Part shown: positions 58,374-64,000 of the stretch, one piece after another
Layout of the letters: the number at the start of each line of letters is the position of its first letter
Numbering within the stretch: the stretch's first letter is position 1
Source: Chloroflexota bacterium
Lineage (GTDB): Bacteria; Chloroflexota; Anaerolineae; Aggregatilineales; Phototrophicaceae
Direction of reading: 5' to 3'
DNA: 64,000 nucleotides
NCBI GenBank assembly: GCA_011523705.1
Contig: WTGC01000045.1
Coordinates: 11,508-75,507, forward strand
The notes under the pieces: model-generated
Databases searched by the model: none
Seen by the model: only the letters and a program-made list of their open reading frames with translations
What the model was told of the DNA's origin: nothing
Translations under genes and position numbers: made by a program

Positions 58374-58813
58374 GCTCAATTGGCCTCGCTGAGAACACTA
58401 TGACTGAGAATAAGCGTTACTGTACCGGTGTTTAGCTTGATCTCACAGTCTTACTCTTCGGCCACACTCACAGAGAGCTGTCCCAAACTCTTTTCAAGCA
58501 CCAGATCGCGGCGTTCGGCGCGGCTGATCCGGCAGACCGTAACCAAACTGGAGGTGCTGACAATTGAAGACTGCGCAAATGGTGTTGCACCGCGTGTGAT
58601 GAAGGTCCTACTTGAGCCGCCGGACGTTCTTCCAGGCCCCGTCAATAGTGCAGAGATTATACCGATCACGAAAGTATCCGGGCCTGAATCACCAATACAC
58701 AACAAATAGCAGTCGCGCCTCTTCGTGGCAAATCAAATCATATCCTGCTGACTCTCCTCATCCACTAGACTTTGCCGCGAGCAGCGCAACTGCCTTCCGG
58801 TAGCGCTTTCAGC

Positions 58814-58860
58814 TATAATGAGCGTGTTGATTCATCACCTGGAGCGCGACGCCGCTCCAG
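58814..58860 (+). promoter_or_regulatory. TATAAT box and palindrome upstream of the antitoxin gene
   Basis: TATAAT at 58814-58819. CTGGAGCG-cgacgc-CGCTCCAG (58839-58860) has perfect 8-bp arms and is a plausible autoregulatory operator. I did not find a convincing -35 box. Confidence 0.35.
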
Positions 58861-58891
58861 CTGGAGGTTACAGTAGACTGTTGAAGAGATT

Positions 58892-59122
58892 ATGCGCGTG
58901 GTCGACGAATTGAATGACGAGGAGCGTCGGCTATTGCGCCAGCATATTGACCAGCGCTCCGAAAAGCCGGCTCGGTTGACACCAAAAGAACGGACGCGGC
59001 GACTCAATGCGGCCTTTGACGCAATGAGCGAAGGCTTGACTCAAGCGCAGCTCGACGAGATGACCGCGGCCATGACAGAAGACTACATCGAACCCTGGGA
59101 TGAGTCCGAACGGACCCAGTGA
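58892..59122 (+). CDS. putative type II antitoxin (VapB-like partner of the PIN gene)
   Basis: 76-aa charged helical ORF. Its stop overlaps the PIN gene start by 4 nt (ATGA-type coupling at 59119-59122). The family is not recognisable from sequence alone. Confidence 0.55.
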   Translation: MRVVDELNDEERRLLRQHIDQRSEKPARLTPKERTRRLNAAFDAMSEGLTQAQLDEMTAAMTEDYIEPWDESERTQ

Positions 59123-59532
59123 TCTATATCCTGGACATCAACGTTATTGCCGACCGCTTTAATCGCTTACCGCAAGTCCTTGACCGCTTGAACCGCGTCG
59201 GCGAAGCTGGGCACGTCTTGGGCCCGTGTGATCCAGTCCGGTATGAAGTCTTGCGCGGATTGCTCAAAGTCATTGCCACGCAGAAATTCCGTTTTTTCCA
59301 CGAAACAATTATGCCCTTGATGGATCGCCTGGCGCTGATCGATGACGATTGACAAGTGGCCGCCCGATTATTGGCGACCATGCGGAATCAGGGGAAACAA
59401 TTCTCCGATGTCGATCCACTCATTGCTGTCTTAGCCCAGCGTTTGAACGCGGTTGCGGTGACAGGTGATGACGACTTCGCAGCACTATCGATCCAGCGCG
59501 AAAACTGGGCACTGCCCCATAAATGTCTATGA
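59119..59532 (+). pseudogene. vapC: PIN-domain (VapC-like) toxin with in-frame TGA
   Basis: MIYILDINVIADRF... reaches an in-frame TGA at 59350-59352. The same frame continues for 59 more codons (QVAARLLATMRNQGKQFSDVDPLIAVLAQRLNAVAVTGDDDFAAL...) to TGA at 59530-59532. PIN-type acidic positions lie on both sides of the stop. Confidence 0.65.
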
Positions 59533-60057
59533 CACCTGACACGAAGGTTATTGCAGTCACACGAAGGGAAACCAGGCGGGGGATCCGATGTGGACGCTCC
59601 AGACAGCCGGCGGGGACCGAATCAATGTCTTCAATAACACGCCGGAGCGGCATATCCACACCCGTGCCCGCAGGGCAGAACTGAGGGCAATCCCATACTT
59701 TTGCCAACACAGAAATTGTCGCAAATAGCCGCGTGATCTATGATTTTGAACCGCGGTATAAAACCAGAAGGCTCGCCGTATATGTCGCGAGCCTCCTAGA
59801 GACGTATTCCAGCTGTCTTCCCCTAACCCCGTCTATTCAGAGCGGCCTAGGGGTCAGTGTCGGAGCCTGCCGACACCCATTTGCAAGCTTACCACATAGC
59901 GACAGACGCTCCCAAGCGCGGCTTGCTCGCGGCAATCCGGAGATTCCTCTTCGGATAATCAGCACCTGATCTTTGCCATCTCTTACAGCAGTTCGCCTGC
60001 TGTTGCCTGAAGCTCGCTGATACGCGATACTTCGCTCATTCATCTTTGGTTGTGTAG

Positions 60058-60088
60058 AAAAAGCCAGGACCCGGCATTGGCGGGTCCT
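60058..60088 (-). terminator. orphan intrinsic-terminator-like hairpin (minus strand)
   Basis: On the minus strand: AGGACCCG-ccaatgc-CGGGTCCT (60066-60088, perfect 8 bp), then GGC, then TTTTT (complement of 60058-62). No convincing minus-strand gene lies upstream of it. Confidence 0.35.
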
Positions 60089-60347
60089 TGGGGCCGATTG
60101 GCCTCCCTCGACACGGTCCGTTCGGAGCAGTCCGAGGGCCAACACATGTTGGTAAACGTTTTATACCACGAACCGAGGCGAATGTAGTTTCGATCCCAGA
60201 GAAAAATAGCATCGATTCGGCGCTGCCGCTCACCCTCACCGGCTGTAAAGGCATCCACCGCGAAAGCATAGCGAGGAGAAGGCAGATGGCCATCGATGTG
60301 AAGGTGATCAAGGTCACGCGGTCGGAAAACCGCTACGGCAAGCCGAT

Positions 60348-61214
60348 GTGGATTCTAAACACGGCTGGTGGAGACAGCATTTACGTTTTCGCCAACATGC
60401 TGGAGGGGCGCCCTGGGACAAATCCAGGTATCGCGTCTTATTCGAGGAGATGGAGAACCAGCAGGCGGACCGCTGGCAAACTTTCCCGATTCTGGCTACT
60501 GCCACCGAGAAGGGCAAATACCTGACCATCATTTCCTTGCAGGCGCCAGCGCCGGACGCTAGGCCGGACAGAGCGCCGGAACTGGAGAATCTGTGGGAAG
60601 TATACGGCCCGCGCTGGTGGAGCGTGTTGCATTCGCTGGGCGCCGAGGACACCATCGTCTTCGATATCGAGACCACCGGGACAGAAACGGATCTGGATGA
60701 GGCAGTATCCATCGCCTTGCGCAGCTACGCGTCGCCGTCTAGCGCGCCGGTCAAGTATCACAGCCTGATCGCGCCGCGTTTTCCGGAAAAGCTGCTTGAG
60801 CGGAATGCGAAGGGGGAGTGCGCCTACAACATCCATGGCATCCACCCGAGCGATCTGGCGGGTCAGCCGCCCTTCCCGGCCGTGCACCAGGCGCTGTGGG
60901 AGATCATGTGGGAGAAGAACTGGGTGTGCTGGAACACCGACTTTGATGTGGCGCTGCTGGACAGCCTCTGCCTGCGCCACCACCTGCCGCTGATCCCGCG
61001 CAAGCGGGTGCTGTGTGCGATGAGGCTGTTGTCGCCACTGGCGGGCAAGTGGGACGCGGGCCACAGCGCCTACCGCAAGGCGAAGCTGGAGGAGATGGCG
61101 CAGGTGATGGGCATGGCCTTTCCCGACGCCCACGATGCGGCGGCCGATGTCAAAATGACGATTGCAGTGATGCGCTGGGCTTACGCCGAGGCGCATAAGC
61201 GGGCGCGTGTCTGA
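60348..61214 (+). CDS. DnaQ-like DEDDh 3'-5' exonuclease with extra N-terminal region
   Basis: Exo I TIVFDIETTG, Exo II-like WNTDFDVALL and Exo III HDAAADVKMT motifs. A better start (ATG 60286 after AGGAGAAGG; MAIDVKVIKVTRSENRYGKPMWILNTAGGDSIYVFANMLEG) is in another frame. It would join this ORF if the G4 run at 60405-60408 had one more G. Confidence 0.7.
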   Translation: MDSKHGWWRQHLRFRQHAGGAPWDKSRYRVLFEEMENQQADRWQTFPILATATEKGKYLTIISLQAPAPDARPDRAPELENLWEVYGPRWWSVLHSLGAEDTIVFDIETTGTETDLDEAVSIALRSYASPSSAPVKYHSLIAPRFPEKLLERNAKGECAYNIHGIHPSDLAGQPPFPAVHQALWEIMWEKNWVCWNTDFDVALLDSLCLRHHLPLIPRKRVLCAMRLLSPLAGKWDAGHSAYRKAKLEEMAQVMGMAFPDAHDAAADVKMTIAVMRWAYAEAHKRARV

Positions 61215-61540
61215 TGGGCGACGTGTCGTATCGAATCGCGGCGATCGGGCTTTCAGCCAGGACGTCCACCCCCGGATTCCCAGCATTGGCGCGGCTTTCC
61301 GGGCGTTATGATAAGAATTTACACGCAATAATCTGTCAAAATTCACATATCCATAATGTTTGACACTCCTGGAAAATGAGTATTCTGGTGGAGAAGACGC
61401 GCGGCAGGTATCGTCAATAACGGACCTGCAAAATTGACGATCTTGCCGCAATTTGGTTCTTCTAATGCGCTCTTAGCAGCAATTCAATTGCCAAAGCTCT
61501 CCATCGCGGTTGGCCAATTCAGTCATCAATGATTTCAAGA

Positions 61541-62341
61541 TTACGCTTTTGCAAGTGTATTTTGGCGGTATCTGCTGGGGGTTTCGCCGGTGAAGCGTGT
61601 AAATGCCTGGGTGAATCCACTAAGACTATTGTAGCCAACATCCAGAGCTGTTTCACTCACGGGGGAGTCGGCAGCTAGCAACTCCATAGCGCGCATCATA
61701 CGCGCTTTATGCAAGAACTGGTACCAAGACTGACCGGTCTCCTGATTCATGCGGCGGCGCAGGGTGCGAGCGGATAAATTGGCGACTTTCGCTACATCGT
61801 CGAGACGCGCTTCACGCAGATTCGCCAGTGTGTAATCTATCGCTAAGGTGAGCGCTGGTGACTTTGCGAGAGGCAGGCGAAAGGGGTGTTCCTTTGCCAT
61901 CCACTCATGACACAGCGCGGCCATCGTTTGAAAAAAGAGATTGGCAGTGAGGTCATTAGGATCCCTGTCAACGCCCCAACGCACACTGTGCAGAATCATT
62001 TCTCGAAGCAGAGGCGGTACTGAAAAGATCCGGCACTTGCTATTCGGCACGCCCGGAAAATCGGGATCAAAGCAGATCGTCCGCAGCGAGACTCTTGTCA
62101 TAAAGTCGGTCGAGTGTGGTACGCCGCTTGGCATCCAGACAGCCCGCAGCGGTGGCAAAAGAATTTGCGTTGAGTCCACCTTGATATGCAATATGCCGCG
62201 AATCGCATAAACCAGGTTGTGACGCAAATGACTATGTAATCCGTGCGTTCGTTTTTCGGAATCAATGGCGTAGCAAAAGGCTGGCGCTTGCGACCCGTCA
62301 ATTTCAGGATCAGGATGGCCCATCTCATCTCTCGCTTTCAT
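61541..62341 (-). CDS. AraC-family transcriptional regulator with cupin-like sensor domain
   Basis: C-terminal double HTH (ARTLRRRMNQETGQSW...DVGYNSLSGFTQAFTRFTGETPSRYR). The N-terminal cupin region has HSHLRHNLVY. I chose ATG 62341; the track start is 62416. Confidence 0.85.
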   Translation of the reverse strand: MKARDEMGHPDPEIDGSQAPAFCYAIDSEKRTHGLHSHLRHNLVYAIRGILHIKVDSTQILLPPLRAVWMPSGVPHSTDFMTRVSLRTICFDPDFPGVPNSKCRIFSVPPLLREMILHSVRWGVDRDPNDLTANLFFQTMAALCHEWMAKEHPFRLPLAKSPALTLAIDYTLANLREARLDDVAKVANLSARTLRRRMNQETGQSWYQFLHKARMMRAMELLAADSPVSETALDVGYNSLSGFTQAFTRFTGETPSRYRQNTLAKA

Positions 62342-62625
62342 ACTCGTTTCTCTACCGTAATCTACTCCATGTGACCGTTTGGAACAAATACTTGTCCGAA
62401 ATATGCGAGACGACATATAGAATTGGGAATATAGTGTAAGAAGCCTGATGAGATTCTTGGCAACCTTGATCTAGCTTAGGGGCGAAAATCATCATGCTCA
62501 ATCGGCGATCAAACAGACTTCTTTGTCGGTAGCGAGAAGCAGATTTGGGACTGTGAATGCGCAGTTTCGGGATTGGCTCATCTAGGTCGGATGCAACTCA
62601 CGGAGTTCGTCAAGGGGCTACAGTC

Positions 62626-63696
62626 ATGCCAACAGTGCGCGTCGATCTTTTCAGCGACAACCTCGCCAAGCCAACACCAGAGATGCGGCAGTTTATGTGT
62701 GAGGCTCCGGTCGGCGACGAAACGAAACATGAGGATCCAACCGTCAATCTCCTGCTTGATATGACGATCGATTTGTTGGGCAAAGAAGCCGCTGTGTTTA
62801 TGCCAACAGGGACGATGTGCAATGAGATTGCCTTTGCAGTCCACTGCCGTCCCGGCGATGAAATCTTTATGGATAAAACCGCCCATCCGCTCCACTATGA
62901 GGGCGGGGGACCCGCGGCTCTGGCCGGTGTGTCAATCCAGGCGCTGGATGGGGATGGCGGCATCTTCTCGCCTGATCAGCTAAAATCCGCAATTCGACCG
63001 CCAAGCCGGTTCTTTCCGCGTCCGTCCTTAGTTTCTGTCGAGCAATTCAGTATGCTTGGCGGGGGAAGGATTTGGTCTTTAGAACAGATCCACGCCGTTA
63101 CAGATGTTGCCCGCGAGTCCGGACTTGTAACACATCTTGATGGCGCGCGCCTCCTGATTGCCTCAGCGGCAACTGGCGTGCCTGCTGCCGCGTATGCTGC
63201 CCCATTTGATTCCGTCTGGATAAGCCTTGACAAAGCGATTGCGGCGCCGGTAGGGGCTGTCATGGCAGGTTCCAAGGAGTTTATTGAAGAGACATTGTTC
63301 TGGAAGTTGCGACTAGGGGGTAGTTGGAGACAACCAGGAATGATCGCGGCCGGTGGCGTCTACGCCCTTCAGCATAACGTTGAGCGTATCCCTGAATTGC
63401 TGAAAAACGCCAAGCTTCTTGCCAAGTTATTGCGAGGCACTCCAGGCATTGAAATTGAGCCGGAGTCCGTCACCACCGATATCGTCTTCTTCGAAATAAC
63501 GGATCCCGATATGTCAGCCACCGCATTTCAAAAACATCTTCTGGATGAATGCCAGATTCGCGTTAGCGTTATGGGACCACAACTTGTGCGTATGTGCATG
63601 AATCTGGACATTTCGACCGAAAACGTCCGTGAGGCTGCTGCGTCAATCCGAGAGGTTTTCACTAAAGCCGCTGCTACAACAGGACAGATAGCGTGA
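62626..63696 (+). CDS. PLP-dependent threonine-aldolase / beta-eliminating-lyase family protein
   Basis: ATG at 62626 (MPTVRVDLFSDN...). Contains GDETKHEDPTVN, MPTGTMCNEIA and LDKAIAAPVG (PLP-lysine region). Confidence 0.8.
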   Translation: MPTVRVDLFSDNLAKPTPEMRQFMCEAPVGDETKHEDPTVNLLLDMTIDLLGKEAAVFMPTGTMCNEIAFAVHCRPGDEIFMDKTAHPLHYEGGGPAALAGVSIQALDGDGGIFSPDQLKSAIRPPSRFFPRPSLVSVEQFSMLGGGRIWSLEQIHAVTDVARESGLVTHLDGARLLIASAATGVPAAAYAAPFDSVWISLDKAIAAPVGAVMAGSKEFIEETLFWKLRLGGSWRQPGMIAAGGVYALQHNVERIPELLKNAKLLAKLLRGTPGIEIEPESVTTDIVFFEITDPDMSATAFQKHLLDECQIRVSVMGPQLVRMCMNLDISTENVREAAASIREVFTKAAATTGQIA

Positions 63697-63816
63697 ACGG
63701 TTTCGATTGCCGGCGGCAAAACATAAGCGCTTTTTAGCAAGGAGCAGATTATGGACTAAGTCGACTGATTGTTCGATTCCCTCAGCAAGGGAAAGTTTAT
63801 GAAGGAGAGAAACACA

Positions 63817-64000
63817 ATGGTTTCAAAAAGAGAGTTCAAAAGGAAAGCAGTTCTGAGTCGGCGGGAGTTTCTTAAACTTTCAGCTGCAGGCGGCGGTTCG
63901 CTAGCAGTCACATCGGGACTTGGTGGCATCCTGCTTGCTAGAACAGCTCCAGTCTTTGCCCAAGGAGATTCGAATTTGGTAGCGGCTGTAGGCGCCGAGC
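63817..64000 (+). CDS. Tat-signal substrate-binding protein, N-terminal fragment (runs off window)
   Basis: GAAGGAGAG RBS, then ATG 63817: MVSKREFKRKAVLSRREFLKLSAAGGGSLAVTSGLGGILLARTAPVFAQGDS. SRREFLK is a twin-arginine motif. The frame is open to the window end. An in-frame alternative ATG lies at 63799. Confidence 0.7.
   Translation, partial: MVSKREFKRKAVLSRREFLKLSAAGGGSLAVTSGLGGILLARTAPVFAQGDSNLVAAVGAE

Noticed and set aside
58428-58709. 93-aa plus-strand and 84-aa minus-strand ORFs in the gap between the methyltransferase and the antitoxin gene
   Set aside because: They overlap each other and have no RBS and no recognisable motif. The region is more likely the promoter/leader of the methyltransferase operon. 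A degraded gene fragment cannot be excluded.
1-64000. CRISPR arrays, rRNA/tRNA genes, transposases and integrases
   Set aside because: I found no regularly spaced direct repeats, no rRNA or tRNA signatures, and no DDE, serine- or tyrosine-recombinase motifs in any listed ORF. Island borders therefore cannot be defined from mobile-element hallmarks.

Overview
GC-rich bacterial chromosomal segment. All family calls come from motif recognition in the supplied translations; no database search was possible. The backbone is carbohydrate uptake and catabolism. There are four complete CUT1-type sugar ABC importers (13401-16559, 18608-21657, 28630-32035, 41902-45116), and none has its own ATPase gene. 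A fifth substrate-binding gene starts at 63817 and runs off the window. Associated enzymes include GH3, GH38, GH88 and a heparinase II/III-like lyase, with GntR/HutC, SorC, IclR and AraC regulators. Three accessory patches interrupt this backbone. (1) 1-2.6 kb is a small phage-like structural cassette (tail-fibre-like gene plus two paralogous tube-like genes). It is bracketed by two copies of a hairpin that keeps a 16-nt loop and an 11-nt flank but has completely different, compensating stems. (2) 3.3-8.9 kb is a decayed Dpp/Opp-type peptide ABC operon with three in-frame TAG codons, one TAA, a frameshift and a 3'-truncated ATPase. It is followed by two tandem small paralogous ORFs of unknown function. 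(3) 49.3-61.5 kb is a defence-type island. It holds a dead GmrSD-like gene and a translationally coupled pair: a 1354-aa PglX/type-IIG-like N6-adenine methyltransferase and a 1094-aa HKD(PLD)-nuclease/SNF2-helicase fusion. It also holds a VapBC-like pair whose PIN toxin has an in-frame TGA, and a DEDDh exonuclease with an extra N-terminal domain. The methyltransferase/helicase pair is my best candidate for an undescribed system, because it matches no canonical R-M, BREX or DISARM gene set. The second most interesting item is an RpiB-RuBisCO-like-protein fusion (22751-24577). It sits divergently next to a 15-kb operon whose parts resemble acid-sugar or branched-sugar catabolism (lactonase, two TIM-barrel isomerases, two dehydrogenases, a class II aldolase-family protein, a UPF0261 ATP-binding protein). 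No rRNA, tRNA, CRISPR array, transposase or integrase was recognised. Several frameshifts sit in homopolymer runs, so assembly error must be excluded before calling those genes dead.
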